Part shown: in pieces, positions 28,545 to 35,774 of the stretch | Position numbering within the stretch: position 1 is the stretch's first letter | How the letters are laid out: the number at the start of each line of letters is the position of its first letter | Virus record (IMG/VR): IMGVR_UViG_3300044849_000020 | Span: 1 to 40,338 of that record | DNA length: 40,338 nt | Source: a virus | Lineage: Duplodnaviria; Caudoviricetes | Reading direction: 5' to 3' (one strand) | Made by a program: the position numbers and the translations under genes | The notes under the pieces: generated by a model | What the model was told of the DNA's origin: nothing | Databases searched by the model: none | What the model saw: the letters and a program-made list of their open reading frames with translations, nothing else

Positions 28545-28877
28545 ATGACTCTTCGGCAGAAGCAATCAAAGTTTGCCCTTCTGGTGGCCCGTCTCATTCT
28601 CAAGGCGCAGGAACTGGGCTACGAGGTGACGCTGGGGGATGTGTTCCGTGATCCCCGGGTGCATGGCGCATGGGGCGTGAAAGCCGGATACGGCGCGGCC
28701 AAGTCGTTTCACAAGCTGAAGCTGGCTGTTGACCTCAACCTGTTCCGGGACGGGCGCTACCTGTCTTCGACCGCGGCCCACCGGCCGCTCGGCGAATGGT
28801 GGGAAGCGCAAGGCGGAACGTGGGGCGGCCGGTTCCCCACGCCAGATGGAAATCACTACTCCCTCGGGGAAGAATAG
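28545..28877 (+). CDS. endolysin, M15 family (L-Ala-D-Glu peptidase-like)
   Basis: TL..KQ..F, S.H...LA.D and WGG.F...D.NH.S zinc-ligand motifs. Confidence 0.9.
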   Translation: MTLRQKQSKFALLVARLILKAQELGYEVTLGDVFRDPRVHGAWGVKAGYGAAKSFHKLKLAVDLNLFRDGRYLSSTAAHRPLGEWWEAQGGTWGGRFPTPDGNHYSLGEE

Positions 28878-28892
28878 GAAAGGATCACGATC

Positions 28893-29045
28893 ATGCCCAA
28901 AGGAACGCGAGTCCATCGCTGCGTGGACAAGGTGAAGCAGCAGAAAAGCGGCGTCAACCCCTACGCCGTGTGTCAGGCAGCCACGAAGCAAAGTTTCGCC
29001 ACGGGCAAGCCCATCAAGAAGCCCAGCGGGAAGAAGGGGCGGTGA
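28893..29045 (+). CDS. small basic protein (50 aa), absent from the ORF track
   Basis: RBS AAAGGA; MPKGTRVHRCVDKVKQQKSGVNPYAVCQAATKQSFATGKPIKKPSGKKGR; TGATG-coupled to the next gene. Confidence 0.75.
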   Translation: MPKGTRVHRCVDKVKQQKSGVNPYAVCQAATKQSFATGKPIKKPSGKKGR

Positions 29046-29242
29046 TGATGAAGAACGTCGATTGGGGAATGGTGATCGCGCTCGCCGCCGGCGCGCTCAT
29101 TCTCGTCATCATGCTGAACGGCTGCAGCAGCCTTCCCACGATGCAGTATTGCGACAAGGTGAACTACACCCGCAGCGGCAACCTGATTCACCTCGAAGCG
29201 GAATGCCGCGCGCCCATCGGCGACACCATCCCGGGTATCTGA
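29045..29242 (+). CDS. lipoprotein (possible spanin component)
   Basis: Hydrophobic signal sequence with lipobox LNG-C; in the lysis region. Confidence 0.65.
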   Translation: MMKNVDWGMVIALAAGALILVIMLNGCSSLPTMQYCDKVNYTRSGNLIHLEAECRAPIGDTIPGI

Positions 29243-29244
29243 CC

Positions 29245-29604
29245 ATGGCCTATTTCACCCACGCACTTCTCGCCGAGAAAATCGAAGAGCCGCGTGGCGG
29301 GCGGGCCAAGTGGCGCCTGCACGAAGACCTCGTGATGTGGTCCCACATCCTGCAGAAATACATCACGGTGCCCGCTGGTTTCGTGACCGACTTCGCCAGC
29401 GTGCCGCGGCTCCCGTTCATCTATGCGATGACCGGCGACACGGCCCACGCCAGCGCGGTCATCCACGACTGGCTCATTCGTGAGGAGAAGATGGACTGGC
29501 CCACGGCTGCGCTCGTTTTCCGCGAGGCTATGGAGTCGGAGAGCGTTCCGGCGTGGCGCCGCTGGCTGATGTATCAGGCAGTGCGCTTCCCCCGGGATGT
29601 TTGA
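29245..29604 (+). CDS. DUF1353 family protein
   Basis: VP.GF.TD.ASVPR, A.VIHD.L and MY.AVR motifs; ATG at 29245. Confidence 0.85.
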   Translation: MAYFTHALLAEKIEEPRGGRAKWRLHEDLVMWSHILQKYITVPAGFVTDFASVPRLPFIYAMTGDTAHASAVIHDWLIREEKMDWPTAALVFREAMESESVPAWRRWLMYQAVRFPRDV

Positions 29605-29608
29605 CCGT

Positions 29609-29740
29609 TCACAATTTGCGAAGCCACCTGTCAGCCAGCCGACGGATGATGAATCGGGGCGGGGGCTTCAGCAGCCGCATCTTCCGCATCCGGGTGATGA
29701 ACGGCCGCAAGTCCCGGCGGAGCATGGGTGTGGTCTTCAT
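29609..29740 (-). CDS. Arg-rich 43-aa peptide
   Basis: ATGA overlap with the ruvC stop; MKTTPMLRRDLRPFITRMRKMRLLKPPPRFIIRRLADRWLRKL. Confidence 0.45.
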   Translation of the reverse strand: MKTTPMLRRDLRPFITRMRKMRLLKPPPRFIIRRLADRWLRKL

Positions 29741-30213
29741 GCTACGTGCCCCGCGCGCAGCCAATCGGCGATAGCGAGCGCATCGGAGAGGCCATCGTCC
29801 CTTGTGCCCAACGTGATGTCAGGCCATTTGCGCATGACCCACCCCATCGTCTGCTTCTTGTCGCTTGACAGGCTGTGATGCTTCTGCCACTTCTGCGGCA
29901 GCACCAGCTGGTATCCCATGCCCATGCCCCCCAGCACTCCGAGAATGATCCCGAATGACGTGCCAAATGAGAAGGTGCCGACCACTCCCTGCTTGGGCAT
30001 TGCGCCTACCTGCTCCACAGCAACATGCACCGGCGAACCGTAGTGGTTGATGCCGCGCAGTGTGGCGGCGAGCGCACGCGCATCCACCATTTTGCGCCCG
30101 CTGACCAGCCCGGGCATGGTGGGCATCGGCTCCAGCGTGTGGACCACACCCTTGTGGTCGATGGCCGCAATGCCGCCTGAAATACCGGGATCAATCCCCA
30201 CAAAAATCGTCAT
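29737..30213 (-). CDS. ruvC: RuvC-like Holliday junction resolvase
   Basis: GIDPG..GG, VEQV..MP.QG, F.FG...G, P..W.K and DG..DAL.IA motifs. Confidence 0.88.
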   Translation of the reverse strand: MTIFVGIDPGISGGIAAIDHKGVVHTLEPMPTMPGLVSGRKMVDARALAATLRGINHYGSPVHVAVEQVGAMPKQGVVGTFSFGTSFGIILGVLGGMGMGYQLVLPQKWQKHHSLSSDKKQTMGWVMRKWPDITLGTRDDGLSDALAIADWLRAGHVA

Positions 30214-30226
30214 ACTTCACCTCCCC

Positions 30227-32140
30227 TCATGAATACCTGCTGCCACTGAATCCCTCGGCCTCAACCGGCAGGCCGACGGCCCACCCGGGCAACTCGCACA
30301 TCAGTTCCTCGATGTAGGCCACCGTCGGGCCGCCGACGATAGGTACTTCGCATATGGCTTCGTCGTGGACCGTTCCGACCACGGAGTAGCCATGTGCCTC
30401 AAGGCGCAGCAGCGCCCGCGCCATGATGTCCCGCGCAACGGCCTGCGTGGCACCCTGCACCCATTTGCCGCCGTAGCATGACTCCCGGCGCCATTGCTTC
30501 GTCAAGGCGTCCACCCCCATGAAGGACACCGCATCGCCGCCGAACTTTCCGGCCTCGATCCGCGGGTACGGATAGTGGACGAACCGGCCGGAAGGCAGCT
30601 TCATCTTCAGGAAGCGGTCATCGCACACGAAGGTGATGGACTGGAACACTTCGGGGTTCGTCCGGTACGCCACGCCGGGATTCTTCACCGCGGCAACTGC
30701 TGCATCGTTCATCGCGGTCCACAGGCGCGGCACCTTGTGGAACTTGCCGCGGTACGCCCGCACCGCCCGTTCGGCCAACGAGGCATCAGCCTCGATGCCG
30801 TATTTGGCGCATGTGTCAAGGAACTTGAGTGGCCCCATGCCGAAGCCGCAACCAAGCACAGCCTGCTTGCCTAGTTGCCTGTTCGGCGTGATCCGGTCGA
30901 TGGCCTTCGCCATTTCGACGTAGATGTCGGTCCCGCCGGCGAACAGCGCGAGGCCGGGGTCTTTTGCCAGCCACAGCACGACCCGGGCTTCGATGCTCTT
31001 GAAGTCGGCGCCAATGAGCGTGTGGCCCGGGGCGGCAATGAGCATGCCCCTGAGCGCACGCGACACGAACGCCGGTGGCTCCATGTCCCATACCATGCGT
31101 ACCCATTCCTCGTCGCCGGCGAGGATGGCGTGCGCTGCGTCATCCATGACAAGGCCGTTTGCCACGGGGAAATTCTGGGGCTGTATGCCCGCGCCGGACC
31201 AGCGCCCCGTGCCCGCCCCGTGGTACAGGAGGGAGCCCCGCACCCGGCCGTCTTCGTTGGCCCGGTTGAGCATGCTCTCCAGCTTGGCCGTGCTGCTCTT
31301 CGCCAGATCGCGGCGAATCTCCAGCACCTCGCGCACGGCCGGCGGCAGATGCTTACGCCGCAGCGCCGCGCTGATGGCTGCCTTGTCGAAGGACTCCAGC
31401 TGGGGCAGACCATCACGGCACAGTTTATCGTTGACCCAGTTCAGCAGTTCGCCCACCTGCGTGTGGGAAAAGCCGGTAAGCGCCCGCACGATGTTCCCGC
31501 GGAACCCCACAGCGCGCTCCACGAATGCCATGGCTGCACGAACGGCCGCTAGGTCTACTGCTATCCCACGCTCGTTGATTCGAAGCGTCATATCGAAGAT
31601 TTCGGCCTCCAGCGGGGGCAACTCAGGCAGCGTGCGGTGCAGCGCGCGGCAAACCTCGACGTCGGTTGCGCAGTAGTCCGCGAATTCGTTGAGCAGCAGC
31701 CGGTAATCCGGCCAGCGGAGGTGCGGCTCCGTGTGGGGATTGGTCTTGCTGGGGCGCTGCGGCTTCGACAGCTTGCCGATCAGGTAGCTACCGCGCTTGT
31801 TCTTCTGGACGGGCAACCCGAGCGCGTCTGCAGCCTTGCCGAGCCCGCGGGGCAGGGCGCACATGGCCGCCTGTGCGGCCGTATCCACCCATGTGCATCC
31901 GAAGGCCAGCCTCTCGCGGGTCAGGGCGCATCGCTCGAACTCGACGTTGTGGGCCACGATGACCTCGTTGGTGAACATCGGTAGCCCCGTGCCATCGAGC
32001 CACGTCCACGTCTGCACGGGGCCGTCATTCTCCGCCCAGCACAGCACGAGGATGTGCGTGGACGGGTGCTCCCAGTAGCGGTAAGCACCGACCTCGCGCA
32101 CATCGAGTTCGCTGTAGGATTCACTATCCAGATAGATCAT
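30227..32140 (-). CDS. DNA polymerase family A with 3'-5' exonuclease domain
   Basis: Exo LD.E and AHN..FE; TGRWS; motif A DFKSIEAR; motif B RQLGKQAVLGCGFG; motif C VHDE. Confidence 0.95.
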   Translation of the reverse strand: MIYLDSESYSELDVREVGAYRYWEHPSTHILVLCWAENDGPVQTWTWLDGTGLPMFTNEVIVAHNVEFERCALTRERLAFGCTWVDTAAQAAMCALPRGLGKAADALGLPVQKNKRGSYLIGKLSKPQRPSKTNPHTEPHLRWPDYRLLLNEFADYCATDVEVCRALHRTLPELPPLEAEIFDMTLRINERGIAVDLAAVRAAMAFVERAVGFRGNIVRALTGFSHTQVGELLNWVNDKLCRDGLPQLESFDKAAISAALRRKHLPPAVREVLEIRRDLAKSSTAKLESMLNRANEDGRVRGSLLYHGAGTGRWSGAGIQPQNFPVANGLVMDDAAHAILAGDEEWVRMVWDMEPPAFVSRALRGMLIAAPGHTLIGADFKSIEARVVLWLAKDPGLALFAGGTDIYVEMAKAIDRITPNRQLGKQAVLGCGFGMGPLKFLDTCAKYGIEADASLAERAVRAYRGKFHKVPRLWTAMNDAAVAAVKNPGVAYRTNPEVFQSITFVCDDRFLKMKLPSGRFVHYPYPRIEAGKFGGDAVSFMGVDALTKQWRRESCYGGKWVQGATQAVARDIMARALLRLEAHGYSVVGTVHDEAICEVPIVGGPTVAYIEELMCELPGWAVGLPVEAEGFSGSRYS

Positions 32141-32241
32141 CAGTCCTTCCGTCCTTTATTGCTGCCGTTGGGCACCTTGTCATCTGCCACGCGAGCATGT
32201 TCCTCGCTTTTCCCGAGGTCTCCGCACGGCTCCCAGCAGTT
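32140..32241 (-). pseudogene. gene remnant in the leftmost cassette
   Basis: Open frame NCWEPCGDLGKSEEHARVADDKVPNGSNKGRKD* preceded by an in-frame TAG; its stop overlaps the polymerase ATG (TGATG). Confidence 0.5.
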
Positions 32242-32244
32242 CTA

Positions 32245-32331
32245 GCCCAACAGTCCGGTCGAGCCGAGGCCAGCCAGCGGCGTTGGGCTTGTGTTTAGTC
32301 CGTATGGCCCGGCTCACCGCAAGCGTTAGCC
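32245..32331 (+). mobile_element. attC: attC site 1 (87 bp)
   Basis: R'' GCCCAAC, 5-bp spacer AGTCC, L'' GGTCGAGC, CGAGG...CCCG, L' GCTCACC, 6-bp spacer GCAAGC, R' GTTAGCC; unpaired C in L'' and unpaired A give the extrahelical G and T on the bottom strand. Confidence 0.88.
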
Positions 32332-32730
32332 GCCTCGTGTTCCGCCAAGCTCGCGCAGCTTATCGCAAACCAACTGCGGGTCTGTCACGCTTCCGCCCGG
32401 CATCACATCAATGGCTCTGTTCAGCGCAGCCTCCCACGCCTCTCGCCAAATCCGCCACGCCGCCCGGTCGATCACGCTATCGTCGGTCGGTTTGTATGCC
32501 GGGTTCGTGCGCTTGCAAAAAGCCTCAAATTCTTGCCGTTGGTCAAAGTTCACGGCTAACCCTCCATCCGGCGTGTTCGCTCCGCATTCCGCGCACCCCT
32601 CGCCTCGGTGTTCACAAAACCCGCTGCCGGTATATCCACACAGGTTCTTGTTGCTCACGATCACATGGCCGCACGCGGCTCCCGGTGCAGGCATCCCGTG
32701 GCAGTTGCAGGTGTAAGTCGTTTCCATCAT
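32326..32730 (-). CDS. cassette-borne hypothetical protein, apparent two-part fusion (Cys-rich N-half plus helical C-half)
   Basis: RBS GGGAGA; stop TAA lies inside R' of attC1. Confidence 0.75.
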   Translation of the reverse strand: MMETTYTCNCHGMPAPGAACGHVIVSNKNLCGYTGSGFCEHRGEGCAECGANTPDGGLAVNFDQRQEFEAFCKRTNPAYKPTDDSVIDRAAWRIWREAWEAALNRAIDVMPGGSVTDPQLVCDKLRELGGTRGG

Positions 32731-32792
32731 TCTCTCCCTTGGTTAAGTCTGTTGCCCAACAATCCGGTCGAGCCGAGGCCCGCCAGCGTCAT
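32727..32792 (-). CDS. 21-aa linker peptide crossing attC2
   Basis: MTLAGLGSTGLLGNRLNQGRE*; ATG overlaps the upstream TAA and TGA overlaps the downstream ATG. Confidence 0.5.
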   Translation of the reverse strand: MTLAGLGSTGLLGNRLNQGRE

Positions 32793-32840
32793 TAATCCTT
32801 GCCGGTGTTCGTAAGGCCCGGCTCACCGCAAGCGTTGGGC
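32754..32840 (+). mobile_element. attC: attC site 2 (87 bp)
   Basis: R'' GCCCAAC, AATCC, L'' GGTCGAGC, CGAGG...CCCG, L' GCTCACC, GCAAGC, R' GTTGGGC; arms near identical to attC1, central loop divergent. Confidence 0.9.
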
Positions 32841-33046
32841 ACCACGACAGCGCGCCCCCTGTCACCAACCTGAAGGCACAGCCGCAAAAGCTCGGTTCCG
32901 TAATCGACGCGCCACTGATCGCTTGGGTGTTCTAGCAACAGGAACACGACCTTCCCGCGCTCCCCTGACGGGTGCTCAATTGTGTCGCCTACGTGGATGT
33001 CGTTACCTGCGAAATCAGTCCACGGGGCTTTGTTCATCCAGCCCAA
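32792..33046 (-). CDS. cassette-borne hypothetical protein (SH3/YopX-like beta pattern)
   Basis: GGAGG 5 nt before TTG (alternative ATG 33037); D..G.DI.VGD.I motif; reads into attC2 (PNACGEPG). Confidence 0.7.
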   Translation of the reverse strand: MGWMNKAPWTDFAGNDIHVGDTIEHPSGERGKVVFLLLEHPSDQWRVDYGTELLRLCLQVGDRGRAVVVPNACGEPGLTNTGKD

Positions 33047-33068
33047 GGCTACCTCCAGTTCAGCGCCG

Positions 33069-33084
33069 GGGGGCCGAAGCCCCC
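33069..33084 (-). other. GC hairpin with UUCG tetraloop between SSB and the cassette array
   Basis: GGGGGC-TTCG-GCCCCC on the - strand, no U tract. Confidence 0.7.
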
Positions 33085-33095
33085 GCGTCTCGTGG

Positions 33096-33632
33096 CTACC
33101 AGTTGTCGCCTGCGTCCTGCGTCTCGTCGGCGAAGACCGAATCGACATCGACCGAACTGCCGAAGGGCTCTCCGTCGTGGATGAATTGCACGCCGTTGAG
33201 TGCGAGCGCGACACCCTTGGAGGTGGGCTTGTCGAAGACATACGGCGTCACGTTCAGCTTGCCGTAGGCGCCGCCGTAGACCTTCGCCTCGTCGGTAATG
33301 CCGGCCTTGGCCGCGTCGATGACCGGGGGCTTGCGCTTGGTGCGCGCGGTGAAGAACAGCACCCCTGCGCCGAAGCCGTTCACATTGGGCTTCTCGGAGC
33401 CATCACGGATAGGGCGCTTCAGCCCGTGCGGCGGCCGGTTGCCCCACTTGTCCTTAATCAGCTTTTCAATCTGCGCCGACAGGGCCGACAGGTCCGCATC
33501 CTTCTCCACGATCAGGGTGCAGGCGTACATCGGGTCTTTGCCTTCTTCCATGGAAGGCGCAGGGCGGAAAACCTCCGGGAAAGACAAACGGCCTTTCGGG
33601 GTGGTGAAGTTGAAACTCTCGGTGGCGCTCAT
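33096..33632 (-). CDS. single-stranded DNA-binding protein (DUF2815, T7 gp2.5-like)
   Basis: RLSFP.VF.P, P.RDG, VYGG.Y and GV...LN.VQF..DGEPFG motifs; acidic tail ending in an aromatic residue. Confidence 0.9.
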   Translation of the reverse strand: MSATESFNFTTPKGRLSFPEVFRPAPSMEEGKDPMYACTLIVEKDADLSALSAQIEKLIKDKWGNRPPHGLKRPIRDGSEKPNVNGFGAGVLFFTARTKRKPPVIDAAKAGITDEAKVYGGAYGKLNVTPYVFDKPTSKGVALALNGVQFIHDGEPFGSSVDVDSVFADETQDAGDNW

Positions 33633-33635
33633 GGT

Positions 33636-33848
33636 TCACAGTTCCTCAGTAGTGGGATGGGTGGGTACAACACGGTAAAAAGCCTTCCAGAGAACATCAA
33701 TCTCCCGGCGGCTGGTCAACCCGTGCTTGGCGCGCAAGGCGATGAAAGCTGCCTCAACGTCACGGCGCGACGGCACATGGTCTTCCTTGATGGGGACCGC
33801 GCGCCGGTCCAGCGCAACGACCCCGGATGGTTCAACGACAAGAGTCAT
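33636..33848 (-). CDS. hypothetical protein
   Basis: Fills the gap in the operon with tight spacing. Confidence 0.6.
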   Translation of the reverse strand: MTLVVEPSGVVALDRRAVPIKEDHVPSRRDVEAAFIALRAKHGLTSRREIDVLWKAFYRVVPTHPTTEEL

Positions 33849-33850
33849 TT

Positions 33851-34915
33851 TCAGGTTCCTTTCTCGACTTGAAATTCTTCCAGCACGTTGCGCGCCGCCG
33901 GACGTTTATCAGTGCTGGCGACAAGGCGCATCGCGCCGGGGGCGCGCATCACGAGTGAAGCCACGACCTCCGTGCCGACCAGCTTCTCGGCCTGCGCGGG
34001 CGACAGCAGCGTGCGGGGTGCCAGTTCATTCAGCGTGCGGCCGGTCTTCTTCAACTCGCTCAGCGCCTTCCTCTCGTCGATCCAAGCGCGATTCTTGAGC
34101 CCCTGCACCAGCTTGAACCCCGGCACCTCGTGCCCCGACTGCAAACGCCAGATGGCGAACGCCTCGACGCTTTTGAGGTAATCGGCGATGCGCGTGCTGT
34201 TCTCCAGCAGCCACACAATCTGCCCGTCGGTCAGCTGCTGTGGATCAGGCAGCGCCGCCGCCATGCCGGTCGTAAGCTGCGTGCGCCGGTGGAGTTCAGG
34301 GCACGCCGGCTTGCAGGGGCAGAACTGGCACCAGTCTCCCGCGCGGAACGGTGCATCGCTCACCTCGCACGCCTCGATCTCGGCGAGGATGGTATCGCGC
34401 CACACTGCCACTACCCTCGCGGGGTAGACGGTTTCATGCGGGAGGCCGTCACCGACCCGAGGCTGATGGATCACGAACGCCACTTCATCCACGTCATTCA
34501 TGCCCTCGGCGAAAGCCAGCACGGCATACATTTCCAGTTGCGGGTTGTCATCGCCGGGCACGATCACGCCTGCGCCGTATTTGAAATCCGCAACCGTGAG
34601 TCGGCCGCCGAAACTGTAGATCACCGCGTCGGCAGTGCCATGCAGGAGCGGGTTCTCCGGGTCTTGCAGCTTCTTCTCGGCCATCATCACGCCGGGGATG
34701 CTGCGGATGAACTCGACATAAGCCCGGATGTCCGGGTCTTCGGGTGGCTCCCGGTCGTTAATCAGGCAATCGGACGCGATACTGTGGGCCAGCGTGCCTT
34801 CGAGCGAGTACGGCGTGTCCTGCTCGGGCAGATCAAGCTGCTCGGCGAACCGCACGCTCGCCGGGCAGTTGCTCCACCGCGCCCGGGCGCTGGGTGCGAA
34901 TTTGCTGTGGCCCAT
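33851..34915 (-). CDS. DUF2800 Cas4-like PD-(D/E)xK exonuclease
   Basis: HS...PS...RW..CP.S, EGT.AH, GTAD, DFKYG.G, QL..YA, QPR and C.FC..K..C motifs. Confidence 0.9.
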   Translation of the reverse strand: MGHSKFAPSARARWSNCPASVRFAEQLDLPEQDTPYSLEGTLAHSIASDCLINDREPPEDPDIRAYVEFIRSIPGVMMAEKKLQDPENPLLHGTADAVIYSFGGRLTVADFKYGAGVIVPGDDNPQLEMYAVLAFAEGMNDVDEVAFVIHQPRVGDGLPHETVYPARVVAVWRDTILAEIEACEVSDAPFRAGDWCQFCPCKPACPELHRRTQLTTGMAAALPDPQQLTDGQIVWLLENSTRIADYLKSVEAFAIWRLQSGHEVPGFKLVQGLKNRAWIDERKALSELKKTGRTLNELAPRTLLSPAQAEKLVGTEVVASLVMRAPGAMRLVASTDKRPAARNVLEEFQVEKGT

Positions 34916-34917
34916 TT

Positions 34918-35280
34918 TCACTTGACCTTCTTCAACATGTCGATCACCTCTCCGTACTTGCCGGGGTCAATCGCCGACAGCCCCTCGCCGAACTGGGCGA
35001 TGATGTTCTTCGCGGCCGACATCCCGTGAACCTTGGCGAAGCGGTTCAGTTCATCCACCACATCCTGCCGCGTAACCGGGTCCACCGGGATAACCGGCTC
35101 CGGGGGGACATCATCGGGCATGTCGATGATCGCCTGCACCGCGCGGGCGTATCCCTCGTCGGGCGCGGTGGCGAAAGCCTTTTCCATGTTCCGCATTTCG
35201 GGCACTTCCGCCTGCGCCAGTGCTTCCAGCGCGTCGGCGATGCGGTTAAGGGCCTGTTCAACTCCAGTCATGTCGCTCAT
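34918..35280 (-). CDS. hypothetical protein of the replication cluster
   Basis: Small helical C-terminal domain (G...A..II..FG...LS.I....Y) usual upstream of DUF2800. Confidence 0.7.
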   Translation of the reverse strand: MSDMTGVEQALNRIADALEALAQAEVPEMRNMEKAFATAPDEGYARAVQAIIDMPDDVPPEPVIPVDPVTRQDVVDELNRFAKVHGMSAAKNIIAQFGEGLSAIDPGKYGEVIDMLKKVK

Positions 35281-35513
35281 TTCGTTTCGTCCTTCCAGAT
35301 CAGGTACATCGGGTTTGTCGGGTGCTCTTCATAGTGGCCGTGGTACTTGCCGGCGCTGAACTCCAAGGTAGTCGGCGAGTGCAGCCACAGCACGCGACCG
35401 GCGTAGGGGCCGCCCTTGCACACGTAGGGGATGCGCCCGGTCATCACGTCGGGGGTGGGCTCTTCCTGCTGCCCATGGAAAAGCCATTTCAGCCATTCAA
35501 TCAATCTGCGCAT
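35277..35513 (-). CDS. hypothetical protein
   Basis: GGP..G motif; ATGA overlap with the downstream gene. Confidence 0.65.
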   Translation of the reverse strand: MRRLIEWLKWLFHGQQEEPTPDVMTGRIPYVCKGGPYAGRVLWLHSPTTLEFSAGKYHGHYEEHPTNPMYLIWKDETK

Positions 35514-35516
35514 ACT

Positions 35517-35774
35517 TCATTTCTCCATGACCACAAGGTTGCTTTTGATCGCCCAGTCCAGCAGCGGCCCGTCGTAAAAGACCGCGGGGATGGTGGGCAT
35601 CTTCATCCACGCGCGGACATCGAGTTCTCCCTTCACCGTGGTGATCGGGCTGAACTTTCCATTGGCGTAGAACGCCGTGATCGGGGCGAGGTAGCCCCGG
35701 GTTAGGACAAGCAGGTAATCCGACTCGTCTTCCTCGTTCACCGGCGGGGTGAACTCCGGATACGGGAACCACAT
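35517..35774 (-). CDS. DUF551-like hypothetical protein
   Basis: True start ATG 35774; W.......P...YL and V.AWM..P motifs. Confidence 0.65.
   Translation of the reverse strand: MWFPYPEFTPPVNEEDESDYLLVLTRGYLAPITAFYANGKFSPITTVKGELDVRAWMKMPTIPAVFYDGPLLDWAIKSNLVVMEK

Larger units (their letters stand above)
32167..33047 (+). mobile_element. integron-type gene cassette array without integrase (CALIN-like), genes antisense to attC polarity
   Basis: Two complete attC sites, a collapsed site at 32554-32581, a lone R' at 32167-32173 and a lone R''-like box at 33041-33047. Confidence 0.8.

Noticed and set aside
32242-32244. In-frame TAG as evidence of stop-codon recoding
   Set aside because: TAG ends normal genes elsewhere (7481, 12987, 28877, 38326) and core genes are uninterrupted
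32245-32840. Repeat pair as a CRISPR array, REP element or terminators
   Set aside because: Only two copies about 500 bp apart with a gene between them; no U tracts; the asymmetric bulges and R boxes fit attC
33047-33241. Upstream extension of ORF 32792-33241
   Set aside because: Overlaps the SSB 3' end and the hairpin; the RBS indicates a start at 33046 or 33037
33851-34915. Cas4-like nuclease as a CRISPR component
   Set aside because: Standard DUF2800-DUF2815-polA phage replication cluster; no other cas genes
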